From Ktedonobacteraceae bacterium (lineage in GTDB: Bacteria; Chloroflexota; Ktedonobacteria; Ktedonobacterales; Ktedonobacteraceae): a DNA stretch of 64,000 nt. Position numbers and translations under genes: made by a program. Positions within the stretch are counted from its first letter, which is position 1. Every line of letters starts with the position of its first letter. The notes beneath the pieces were generated by a model. The model saw only the letters and a program-made list of their open reading frames with translations, was not told the DNA's origin and did no database searches. Location: NCBI GenBank assembly GCA_042408965.1, contig JBHOQN010000026.1, forward strand, positions 1,662-65,661, given 5' to 3'. Below are positions 9,714 to 18,810 of the stretch, piece after piece.

Positions 9714-10820
9714 ATGGATACTGAAGTTGTCAGGATTAACGCGCAGCGGCCTGAGATGGAAGTGATCGAGCGCGCGGCGGCCCTCTTGCGAGTGGGCGAG
9801 GTGGTCGTTTTCCCGACGGAGACCGTCTATGGGCTGGGGGGCGATGCCTTTCAGGAAGAGGCGCTGCACCGCATTTTCGCGGCCAAGGGCCGTCCCTTCA
9901 ACGATCCCTTGATTGTGCATATTGTCAGCGAGATGGAACTGCAGCATGTGGCTGCTGAGGTCTCTGAGCGCGCGCGGCGCCTGGCGGAAGCCTTCTGGCC
10001 GGGACCACTGACGCTGATTCTGCCGCGCGGGGAGTCTGTCCCCACGCTGGTCACGGCCGGCCTCGACACGGTAGCTGTGCGCATGCCACGCCATCCCGTC
10101 GCACGGGCTCTGATTCGGGCTCTCGGCTCGCCCGTGGCCGCTCCCAGCGCCAACCGCTTTATGCATGTGAGCCCGACCAGGGCCGAACATGCCCTGGCCG
10201 ACCTCGCCGGCCGGGTTCCCTTGATCCTCGATGGTGGGCCAAGCGAGGTCGGCGTTGAGTCAACAGTCGTCGATCTCTGTGCAGAGCCGCCCCGGATTCT
10301 GCGGCCTGGGGGAGTCAGCTTCGAGGCTCTCCGCACCATACTGCCAGAGGTGCTCCCGCCACCGCCTCGCCCCGCTGCCCCTATGGAGGCGCGCGAAGCT
10401 CAGGAGCGACAGGCGCAGAGAGCACCCGGTCAGCTCCCTGTGCATTATGCTCCCGCGGTTCCGCTCCTGCTCTTTGAGGGGAGCGAGGAGGCCATGCGTC
10501 AGGCCATCGCCGCCGAAGCGCGCCGTCGGCAGGCGGCTGGTGAACGGGTGGGCATCCTGGCAGCCGACGAGGATCTTGCAGCTCTGCGCGACTGCGTAGA
10601 GCAGGGGGCGCTGGTCTGCTCGCTGGGAACGACCACGGCCCCTCAAGGAATTGCGGCCGCTCTCTTTGCCGCCCTGCGTTCGCTGGAGGCCGCCCACATC
10701 ACTGTGATTCTCTCCCGCAGCTTCAGTCGCCAGGATCTGGGCCTGGCTGTTCAGGATCGCCTGTTGCGCGCCGCCGGTGGCCAGGTCATCGATGTCCGGG
10801 CCGGGTCGCTGCCTCTCTAA
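9714..10820 (+). CDS. sua5: L-threonylcarbamoyladenylate synthase (Sua5 type, with C-terminal SUA5 domain)
   Basis: FPTETVYGLG, AKGRPFNDPLIVH, FWPGPLT, AAPSAN and GVESTVVD motifs, plus PGQLPVHYAP linker. Confidence 0.95.
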   Translation: MDTEVVRINAQRPEMEVIERAAALLRVGEVVVFPTETVYGLGGDAFQEEALHRIFAAKGRPFNDPLIVHIVSEMELQHVAAEVSERARRLAEAFWPGPLTLILPRGESVPTLVTAGLDTVAVRMPRHPVARALIRALGSPVAAPSANRFMHVSPTRAEHALADLAGRVPLILDGGPSEVGVESTVVDLCAEPPRILRPGGVSFEALRTILPEVLPPPPRPAAPMEAREAQERQAQRAPGQLPVHYAPAVPLLLFEGSEEAMRQAIAAEARRRQAAGERVGILAADEDLAALRDCVEQGALVCSLGTTTAPQGIAAALFAALRSLEAAHITVILSRSFSRQDLGLAVQDRLLRAAGGQVIDVRAGSLPL

Positions 10821-10821
10821 T

Positions 10822-12495
10822 CTAGTGATGGAAGCGCTCAGCAATCTTCTGGATCAGCAGCTCGATCAGAGCAGCGATCAGGCTCTGCACGAGGAGGCCG
10901 CTCACAGTCCAGGCGAGGGAGAGCGCCGGGAGGCTTGAGATGGAGCTGCCTGTCACGACCTCTGCGGGCAGGAGCTCACTGGCTGCGTAGGCTGCGACGA
11001 GGTAGCCCGCGTGCGTGGCGCCGCCGATGATGATCATCACTGCGGAAATCAGGGCGCCGCAGAGGAAGATGAGCAGGGCTCTCCCCAGGCCACGCAGGAC
11101 GAGGCGCTCGTGCAGCCCTCCCACGAGATAGACCGTCAGAAGCTGACCTGCAAGAAGCAGCAGGTCCCCTCGCTGGAAGCCTGTTGGTAGCCCCTCGGCG
11201 ATCACGACTGCGCCCGCCAGGAGGGGGATTGCCAGCGCGCGCCGCCGACCAAATACAGCGCCGGCCAGGAGCACGAGCAGATTCGCCAGGAGTGCGCACA
11301 GCACGCCGCCCGCTCCATACGAGCGTGGTAGCTCTCCCAGGAGCGGCAGCATGTGACGGGTGCTGAAGAGCGCCCCGGTCGCTGTCGCTGCCAGGAGGCC
11401 GGCGTAGCCCAGGAGGAAGCCGCTCTCGCTTGCCGAGAAGTGGCCGCGAAAGAGCGGCAGGTAGTTGAGCGCCATCGGTGGCGGTGGCAAGCGCGGTGGC
11501 GGGACGTCGCTCGGCTGGTAGTAGGAGAAGGCGCTGCCAGGTGCTCTCGTCTCAGCCGTCCCCGCCAGAGTGGGGGCCGCTGCTGCCTGCTGTGCTAGGC
11601 TCTCCGTGAGGCCTGCTGGAGCGCGTAAGGTGCGGGCCTGTGTCGCAGGTAAGGCGTCGCGCGCAGGGGTGAGCAGCAGCGTGCTGGTAGTCGCCTGCTC
11701 TAGAGCTTCGGCGAAGGCCTTGATCGAGGGGAAGCGCGCTCGCCAGTCCTTCTCCAGAGCGCGCATGATGATCTGCTCGATCTCCAGAGAAATCTCTGGC
11801 GCCTCATGACGCAGCGAGGGTGGTGGTGTGCTGCAGTGCTTGACTGCGACTTCGGCGAACGTTCCCTGGAAGGGAGGGTGGCCGGAGAGCCATTCGTAGA
11901 GGACCACAGCCAGAGCGTACTGATCGCTGGCGATGCGTGGAGGTCCCTGGATCTGCTCAGGGGCCATGTAGGTGACGGTGCCTGCGATATCGAGAGGACC
12001 CTGAGAGCGGCTGCTGCGTGCCAGGACAGCGATGCCGAAATCTGCCAGTTGAATGGCGTCGCCCCGCCCGATGAGCATGTTTTCTGGTTTGACATCGCGG
12101 TGCACGATGCTGGCGTCGTGGGCGTATTGCAGAGCCGCAGCCACCTGACGGACGTAGCCCAGAGCGATCATGAGGGGTACCTTTGTGCCTCTAGGATGAC
12201 GCTGGCGCAGCGTACCGCCGGGCAGGTAGTCCATCACCAGATAGGGGATCTGCCCTTCATGGAAGCCGAAGTCCAGGATGCGCACGATGTGTGGATGAAC
12301 CAGGTGCGCAATGAGGCGGGCCTCACTGCGAAACTGCTCAATGTCCTCGCTGTTAAGGATGGTGCGCAAGACTTTGATGGCCGCTGGCGTATGCAGATGG
12401 ATGTGGGTGCCCAGGTAGACCTGGGCAAAACCACCTTCCCCCAGCAGGCGCTCGAGGTGATAGTGACCCACCTGTTGCCCCGAGTAGTCGGTCAT
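10822..12495 (-). CDS. Ser/Thr protein kinase (Hanks type, intact catalytic motifs) with C-terminal multi-TM domain
   Basis: LGEGGFAQV, AAIK, HRDVKPEN, DFG, YMAPEQ and SDQY motifs; hydrophobic C-terminus. Start set at MTDYSG. Confidence 0.9.
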   Translation of the reverse strand: MTDYSGQQVGHYHLERLLGEGGFAQVYLGTHIHLHTPAAIKVLRTILNSEDIEQFRSEARLIAHLVHPHIVRILDFGFHEGQIPYLVMDYLPGGTLRQRHPRGTKVPLMIALGYVRQVAAALQYAHDASIVHRDVKPENMLIGRGDAIQLADFGIAVLARSSRSQGPLDIAGTVTYMAPEQIQGPPRIASDQYALAVVLYEWLSGHPPFQGTFAEVAVKHCSTPPPSLRHEAPEISLEIEQIIMRALEKDWRARFPSIKAFAEALEQATTSTLLLTPARDALPATQARTLRAPAGLTESLAQQAAAAPTLAGTAETRAPGSAFSYYQPSDVPPPRLPPPPMALNYLPLFRGHFSASESGFLLGYAGLLAATATGALFSTRHMLPLLGELPRSYGAGGVLCALLANLLVLLAGAVFGRRRALAIPLLAGAVVIAEGLPTGFQRGDLLLLAGQLLTVYLVGGLHERLVLRGLGRALLIFLCGALISAVMIIIGGATHAGYLVAAYAASELLPAEVVTGSSISSLPALSLAWTVSGLLVQSLIAALIELLIQKIAERFHH

Positions 12496-12683
12496 GTCGC
12501 TTGCTCTCCGCGTGTATTGCCCGTCGTCCTGGGTGTTGCCTGTTATCCGCCTCTGTATGGTATCAGGTTGATGGGCATTGCTTCTCTCTCTTGCCATGGT
12601 GCCAGGCAGGCGGCTTCAGAGACCTCCGCACTCTATCAAACGCCACGAGGGCCTGATTCTGGCGCATGGACTACGCCGGCCCG

Positions 12684-13460
12684 TCAGAGGGCGGAAGTAG
12701 CAACGAACTCGCCGCGCATAAACTGAATGATGTAGTCCCCGGCCGGGTGCCCGCTACGCTTGACCGCCTCGATGACCGCTTCACGATCGTAGGGTACCCG
12801 GCGTAACTGCACCTGGTAGCCGCTGTTGTTGGCCTTCACGATGGCGTAGCTCGCCAGCAGTTCGGGGGTGACAGGATTGCTCACGCTCCCCAGGTTGATG
12901 ACGCGCACACCGCCTGCCGTACGATCAAGCGGAATATGGGTGTGGCCGACGCAGATCAGGTCGGCGTTGCAGTCCTTCACCAGGGCCTCTAGCTCGGCCT
13001 CGCTCAGACGGAGATGAATGCCTGGCCCGTCATCGGTGCCGGGCGCGGCATGCACGCCCAGCAGACGCGTCCCATCGGGCAATCTCAGGCGTTGCTCCAG
13101 CGGCAGGCGTGCCAGCCAGTCCAGCCAGCCGCTGGCTGCCAGGTAGCCCCTGGTCCAGGCAAAGCTTTTGACTGTGCTGATCATCTTAGGCAGCAGTTCA
13201 GGACGAACCTGAGTCTGCATCTGTTGAAGCGAGAGAGGTAACTCATCAGTTATGAGATAGCGATCGGTGTTGCCGCGCGCGAAACGCGCGTTCGGCAGAG
13301 CTGAGACGCGCTCAAGCACCTTCACGGGATCGTAGCCGATGGCGGCAAAGTCGCCAAGCAGCCAGTATTCGTCGATGGGTCCCTGCTTCTGGATGTCCGC
13401 CAGGACGGCCTCCAGCGCGATGGGGTTCCCGTGAATATCTGAAAGAATGGCAATACGCAT
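12684..13460 (-). CDS. Calcineurin-like metallophosphoesterase (YfcE/PrpA-like)
   Basis: SDIHGN, LGD, RGNTD, VHA, GHTH and NLGSV motifs. Confidence 0.9.
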   Translation of the reverse strand: MRIAILSDIHGNPIALEAVLADIQKQGPIDEYWLLGDFAAIGYDPVKVLERVSALPNARFARGNTDRYLITDELPLSLQQMQTQVRPELLPKMISTVKSFAWTRGYLAASGWLDWLARLPLEQRLRLPDGTRLLGVHAAPGTDDGPGIHLRLSEAELEALVKDCNADLICVGHTHIPLDRTAGGVRVINLGSVSNPVTPELLASYAIVKANNSGYQVQLRRVPYDREAVIEAVKRSGHPAGDYIIQFMRGEFVATSAL

Positions 13461-14372
13461 ACACAAACCTCTCTATATCGATGTGCTTCCCAGCAGATGT
13501 CTGCAAGATAGTGAATAGGGCAGACGACGCTCCTGGAGCAGCCATTATCGTTGTGCTCGCCGTGCGCGGACAGAGCAGCCGGGGTAGGAGCCTGGAGATC
13601 CCTTGCGGTGTAGCCCCTGCCTGTTGCCAGCAAGGCAAGCCGGTGTGAGAGTGAGGGCCGGAAGACCGTGACGGGTGCTGTGGCGGGACCAGGCAGATCC
13701 TCGGATAGGCGTGCTGCTCTGGCTCCGCGCAGAGAAGCGCGTGCGGTGAGCGCGACCAGGCGGCTCTGCAGCGACAGGAGCGCCTCTGCGATACCCATGT
13801 ACTGGCCTTGCCGTGAGCAGGAGGCAAGTGCTCCGGCCCGAATCAGATGGCCCCTGGAGTCTCAGGAGATGACGGCAGGCCGGCGGAGCGGAGACCATAG
13901 GGCTACTCCCCCCAGCATGGAATCGCTCGCGGCTGCGCAGGCCGCTGGGAGGTAGCTGTCCGGTGTCGGTGCAGCTCACGACACTGCCTGGTGGTGATCT
14001 TCACGTGTCATAGACTCCTGACGTAGTTTCAGGTTGATCCATCTCTGCCAATCATAGCACATCCATACTCCACAGGCCCATAGATCTGACCAATAAGGCT
14101 ACTGATCTGGTGTACATCTCGCCGGCGCATGCTGTGGTAATCCCGACCATCTACGATCCTTCCCCTGTTTCTGCAATGCCCTCTAGATATCGCTGCATGT
14201 CGTTCTGTATCTCCACACTGCCAGGACTGACTGCCACGAACAGCGTGGAGGTCTGGCAGAGAGCGAAGAGGATAGAGGGCAACCAGGGCGCGTACTGGCG
14301 TGGAGCGTCTCATCCAGCGGTGTGCGAAGGCGTGCACAGCCACGCATGGTCCCACATGGCTTGTTTGGGGGG

Positions 14373-16091
14373 TCAGCGGCGATCGAGCATGTAGCGGATC
14401 TTCAGAGCCAGCTGTAGAGAGAGACGTAGGTCTGGGTCTTCGAGCGACTGACCGAGCAGCTCCTCGATGCGCTCCAGCCGATAGAGCAGCGAGTTGCGAT
14501 GCATGTGCATTGCCCGAGCTGCCTCGCTCAGATTGCCATTGCAGCGAAAGAAGCATTCCAGGGTCTCGATCAGCTCGCTCCCGCGGCTATCATGCTCAAG
14601 CAGAGGACCGAGCGTCTCATGATAGAAGGCAGTCAGCTCCTCATGGCCGTAGAGGTGGAAGAGCAGGCGATAGATCCCCAGGCGCGCAAAGGAGTGCACC
14701 AGACCCTCCCCAAAGAGCCGGCGTCCGATCTCCAGGGCCTGTTGAGCTTCGCGCATCGACTGGCCGATCCCCTGAATCTGCAGGGCGATGCGTCCGATGC
14801 CAGCCGAATAGGTAACACGCTGCTCCGCCTCTCCAGAGAGTGGTTGACGGCCAGGACCGCTCGGGCCTGTCTCACCGGTCAGCTGCTTCATAAAGTTCGT
14901 GCTTTGTTGAATGCGCGTGTGGACGCGCTCCAGGCGTGCAAAGAGCGCCTGCTCCAGCTCATGCTCCGAATGCACCTCGCTATTCCCTGCTCGCAGTTCG
15001 GTCAAGGGGAGTAGGGCCAGAACACGTTGCTGCTCGTTCACGACCCAGGCAGATGGCCAGGAGCGCAGAATCTCTTCGCGTACGCGCCTGCTCCAGCCGC
15101 CGCTGCTGGTGTGGGGGGAGAGCACCGCGAAGGGGGCCAGTTCAAAGATGACCACCACCTGTGGAGGAGTCAGATCATAGCCGAGCAATCGGGCACGGAC
15201 CTGTAGCTCTTCCGGTTGCTGATAGCTTCCCTGAATCACATCCATGAAAGCTTCAAGCTGGTAGCGACTCTCCACCTCGCTCCGCTCGCGTTCGCGCACG
15301 AATTCGAGCGCCAGGATTGGAGAGACCTGTCCCAGCAGAATACGCTCCTGGTAGTCGATGCGCTCCTCATGGCCGATGAGCGAGAGATAGCCCACAATCT
15401 CGTGGCGGATCAGAATGGGGACCACCACACGCGCCAGCCCCTGCTGGCGGAGCAGCTCCTCGTCCTGCACGGCTGGAGAGCTGGCCGCCTCTTCTCCCGG
15501 CGGAGGAACCTGCCAGCGTGGCAGATAATCAGCGTCTTGAACCACCACCCATTTGCCGGTGATCTGGGCCAGGTGTTCACAGAGACCCTGGATACCAACG
15601 CCTTGAACGCTGAGTTGCATCAACTGGTGCGCCACTTCGGTCGCTTTTCGCTCGATCTCGCTGCGAAAACTCGCGACAAAGGTGATGACCTCACGCACAA
15701 TCTCTTCCAGAGGAGCAGTGGCCGGAAGGTAGATCAGCGGGAGGTGCAGCCGGTTGGCAACGCTCTCTGCCTCAGCGCCCAGCATCGCGAGCGAGGGGGC
15801 GGCCACAGCGACCGCTGAAATGCCCTCCCTGTGCAACGTCTGCAGCAAGTGCGGGAGTGTCTCGTCGAGGCGGCGCAGCTGGGTCAGACTGAGCAGAGCC
15901 AGTTCACCGCCGCGGATACTCTCGAAGGCGGGAAGACGTGCGCGCATGCGCAATGCCCAGGTCACGCGACGCTCCAGACCCTCTGCACCAGCCACTAGTT
16001 GAGCATCGCGTGAAGCCAGCAGCGTCAGGATATTCCGCACCGTAGCCGCCGAGGTCGGGGGCGGGCTGCTCATAGCGGTGCCTCCATACAA
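14373..16091 (-). CDS. PucR/CdaR family transcriptional regulator
   Basis: N-terminal PucR-like domain (GAEGLERRVTW, GGELAL), GGDEF-like middle, C-terminal HTH (GNLSEAARAMHMHRNSLLYRLERI). Confidence 0.9.
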   Translation of the reverse strand: MYGGTAMSSPPPTSAATVRNILTLLASRDAQLVAGAEGLERRVTWALRMRARLPAFESIRGGELALLSLTQLRRLDETLPHLLQTLHREGISAVAVAAPSLAMLGAEAESVANRLHLPLIYLPATAPLEEIVREVITFVASFRSEIERKATEVAHQLMQLSVQGVGIQGLCEHLAQITGKWVVVQDADYLPRWQVPPPGEEAASSPAVQDEELLRQQGLARVVVPILIRHEIVGYLSLIGHEERIDYQERILLGQVSPILALEFVRERERSEVESRYQLEAFMDVIQGSYQQPEELQVRARLLGYDLTPPQVVVIFELAPFAVLSPHTSSGGWSRRVREEILRSWPSAWVVNEQQRVLALLPLTELRAGNSEVHSEHELEQALFARLERVHTRIQQSTNFMKQLTGETGPSGPGRQPLSGEAEQRVTYSAGIGRIALQIQGIGQSMREAQQALEIGRRLFGEGLVHSFARLGIYRLLFHLYGHEELTAFYHETLGPLLEHDSRGSELIETLECFFRCNGNLSEAARAMHMHRNSLLYRLERIEELLGQSLEDPDLRLSLQLALKIRYMLDRR

Positions 16092-16097
16092 GAGGGA

Positions 16098-16120
16098 AGC
16101 GCGGCGTTTACCGCCGCGCT
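16098..16120 (-). terminator. GC-rich hairpin overlapping the stop of the small basic ORF, upstream of the PucR RBS
   Basis: AGCGCGGCG-loop-CGCCGCGCT, 9-bp perfect stem. Confidence 0.5.
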
Positions 16121-16227
16121 GTGGTAGACGTTGTACCTGAGCTGGCCTTCTGGGCCTTGCGCCTCTCTTTCAATTTCTTTTCCTTGATCCGGTGTTTGCG
16201 CAATGCCACTCGTTTTCGCTTATTCAT
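16108..16227 (-). CDS. 39-aa Lys/Arg-rich small protein MNKRKRVALRKHRIKEKKLKERRKAQKASSGTTSTTARR (missing from ORF track)
   Basis: ATG at 16227, purine-rich RBS (GAAGAGGG), TAA at 16108, followed by a hairpin; co-oriented between the TPR and PucR genes. Confidence 0.65.
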   Translation of the reverse strand: MNKRKRVALRKHRIKEKKLKERRKAQKASSGTTSTTARR

Positions 16228-16292
16228 AAGCTGCGAACCCTCTTCTCTTTCCAGTCAAAAAATCATGCACGATTGGACATATCTGGAGAGCT

Positions 16293-17108
16293 TTACTCCT
16301 CAGCATCGGGGCCGGCCTCAAAGTCGATCTCGCTGAGGTCGTCAGCATCATCGCCGCCCTCGTAATACTCATCGTCGCTGAGCAGTTCATCCTCATCGTC
16401 ACGATCGTAGCGCAGCATACTGTCCTTGATATAGGGCCGAATCGGCTCACCACCAGCCTGGGCAGGGAAGCTCACAGTTCCGGCCATATCCGGGTGCTGG
16501 TAGGTCTCACTAATCACCAGGCGAACATGGTTGTTATCCAGCGTCGAGACGGCCGCGGTGTAGCGGTTGCCCTTCTCCATCAGGCTGATCAGGCGATTGG
16601 CCAGGCGCGGCTCGATCTGGCCGATCGTCTCGCCCGTGGCCGAGCGCACGTAGATCACATGGCCGACGCGCTCCATCTGCACTACTTCGCCTGTGCTGAC
16701 CTTCGCAAGGATGCGCGGATCTGCCAGGTTGATCAGATCGGTCGTCGTACGCTTGCCGGGCTCCTCGTTAAAGATAACAGGATCAATAGCGACCGCGGCA
16801 GCGTTCACCCTGGCCCGGTCCTCCTGGAGCAGGGCCAGTTGCTCCAGATTTTTCCTGGCGATAGAGTTATTGGGATTCAACTTGAGGGTCTGCGAGTAAG
16901 CCTCACGAGCCTCGGCATATTGGCCCAGCTCCCGGTACGCCTTCCCCAGACGGTTATAGACCTCAGGCTCATTGGGAAAGAGGCTCAGAATATTCTTATT
17001 CGTTGCAACAGCCTCTTCCCACTGGCTGGCCAGCGCCTGCTGAATCGCCAGCTCTGTCCATTGCTTGCGCAGCCGTGCCTTCTCCTCTGCTGAAAGCGCC
17101 TGCGTCAT
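16293..17108 (-). CDS. TPR-repeat protein with HIRAN-like C-terminal domain and acidic tail
   Basis: TPR motif EVYNRLGKAYRELGQYAEAREAYSQTLKLNPNN; C-domain GEVVQM...IGQIEPRLANRLISLMEKGNRYTAAV; D/E-rich tail. Confidence 0.8.
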   Translation of the reverse strand: MTQALSAEEKARLRKQWTELAIQQALASQWEEAVATNKNILSLFPNEPEVYNRLGKAYRELGQYAEAREAYSQTLKLNPNNSIARKNLEQLALLQEDRARVNAAAVAIDPVIFNEEPGKRTTTDLINLADPRILAKVSTGEVVQMERVGHVIYVRSATGETIGQIEPRLANRLISLMEKGNRYTAAVSTLDNNHVRLVISETYQHPDMAGTVSFPAQAGGEPIRPYIKDSMLRYDRDDEDELLSDDEYYEGGDDADDLSEIDFEAGPDAEE

Positions 17109-17168
17109 CGAATGCCACCTCCCTCTGCGTTCGTGTAAGATAGATGGGTCCAGTGCCTGGCCTGCCTA

Positions 17169-18701
17169 TTATACCGCAACCACGCAACCCTGCAAGGACC
17201 AGGCGGTAGCACGTTCAATGCGCACCTTCACCAGATCTCCGGGTTGGAGCGCGTCAGGGTCGATCTGTGCTTTGAGGTCGTTATGACAGGCAATATGCTC
17301 CTCATCGGCTGGCGGGAAGAAGACCAGCTTATTCCCGCGATTGCGCCCCTTCCACTGCCGTCGGCCATGGAGCGTATTGCTCTCCTCAATGAGCACTTCT
17401 TCAATCTTGCCGAGGTATTGCTGATTCAGCTCAAGGGCGATCTGCGCCTGTAGTTCCTCTACAGCATGCAGCCGGCGTTTCTTCTCTGCCAGAGGCACAT
17501 CGTCCTCCCAGCGGGCCGCCACCGTGCCCTGGCGTGGCGAGTAGGCAGCGACATGCACCACGTCGAAACGGATGTCCGCCAGCAGGTCCAGCGTATGCTG
17601 AAACTCCTCTTCACTCTCGCCGCAGAAGCCGACGATGACGTCGGTGGAGAGCGTCACCCCCGGCCACCAGGAGCGCAGCCTGGCGATCAGCTCGCGGTAC
17701 TCATCGATCGTGTAGCCGCGCTTCATGCGCTTCAGGACCGCGTCATCGCCGGACTGGACAGGAATATTAACGTGCTCGCAGACCTTAGGCAGGGCCGCCA
17801 TGCGCTTGATCATGCTATCCGTCATGTGGCGCGGATAGGAAGTCATAAAGCGGATGCGCTTGAGGCCCTCGATCTCGCTGAGGCGGGCCATCAGATCGGC
17901 GAGATCCGGTCTGCCCGGCAGATCCAGGCCGTAGGCCTCGACCGTCTGGCCAAGCAGCGTCAGCTCTCTGGCGCCTCTGGCCACCAGCAGCTCCGCCTCG
18001 GCGACCAGCTCCTCGGGCGGGCGACTGCGTTCGCGCCCGCGTCGGTAGGGGACGACGCAGTAGGTGCAGACCTTATTGCAGCCCAGAATCACAGGCAGCC
18101 AGGCGGTTGGGCCGGCGTGGCGGGCGTCGATCGTCGTCGGATAGTGGGCGATCCGTTCCCCCGGTCGGGGGACGATGGCCATGGGCAGCACACCGCGTTT
18201 CCCCGCTCGATTGAGCGAGGTGGCGATCGTCGGTGCGCTGGCCGGTGGTTGCTCCAGGGTCACGAACTGTCCACCCTCGTCCAGGTAGTCAATATCCAGA
18301 CAGCCCGCGCCAGAGATGGGCGTCCAGCGCTCTTCCAGGAAGCGTGGCAGGATATCAGCCTGTTCGACTTTGAAGAGCAGATCGATATGGGGATAGCGAC
18401 GGGTCAGCTCGTCGATGGTCTTCTGATTGCCGATCATACAGCCCATCAGGGCGATGAGCAGGTCGCTCCGGCGCTCCTTCGCATGCTTGAGCTTTGCCAG
18501 CAGATTATGGGCGCGCTCCTCAGGCGCCTGGCGGACGCTACACGTGTTGAGGACAACCAGATTGGCCTGCTCCAGACTGCTCTCCTCCCAGCCCAGTTCG
18601 TCCAGAATGCTCTGAATGCGCTGCGAGTCGGCCTGGTTCATCTGGCAGCCGACCGTCCAGATATGGTACTTCCCCTTTGGAATCGTGGCGGTAGTGGTCA
18701 T
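17169..18701 (-). CDS. miaB: tRNA-2-methylthio-N6-dimethylallyladenosine synthase (radical SAM methylthiotransferase)
   Basis: GCQMN, NTCSVR, GCMI, GCNKVCTYC, TSYP, TDVIVGF and AYSPRQGT motifs; C-terminal TRAM domain. Confidence 0.92.
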   Translation of the reverse strand: MTTTATIPKGKYHIWTVGCQMNQADSQRIQSILDELGWEESSLEQANLVVLNTCSVRQAPEERAHNLLAKLKHAKERRSDLLIALMGCMIGNQKTIDELTRRYPHIDLLFKVEQADILPRFLEERWTPISGAGCLDIDYLDEGGQFVTLEQPPASAPTIATSLNRAGKRGVLPMAIVPRPGERIAHYPTTIDARHAGPTAWLPVILGCNKVCTYCVVPYRRGRERSRPPEELVAEAELLVARGARELTLLGQTVEAYGLDLPGRPDLADLMARLSEIEGLKRIRFMTSYPRHMTDSMIKRMAALPKVCEHVNIPVQSGDDAVLKRMKRGYTIDEYRELIARLRSWWPGVTLSTDVIVGFCGESEEEFQHTLDLLADIRFDVVHVAAYSPRQGTVAARWEDDVPLAEKKRRLHAVEELQAQIALELNQQYLGKIEEVLIEESNTLHGRRQWKGRNRGNKLVFFPPADEEHIACHNDLKAQIDPDALQPGDLVKVRIERATAWSLQGCVVAV

Positions 18702-18810
18702 GGATCATCCCTCTCCGAGTCTGAAGGCGTTCTCTCAACACCGGGCGGATCAGCTCCGTGGAAGAGTTGTGCTTTCCCTGGCTCGCTATTATACACTATT
18801 CCTTGCCCTT

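Noticed and set aside
13322-14011. Long minus-strand frame from ATG 14011 interrupted only by two TGA codons (selenoprotein or readthrough?)
   Set aside because: No recognisable protein, no SECIS-like hairpin identified, it overlaps the phosphoesterase gene, and TGA is the commonest chance stop in GC-rich DNA
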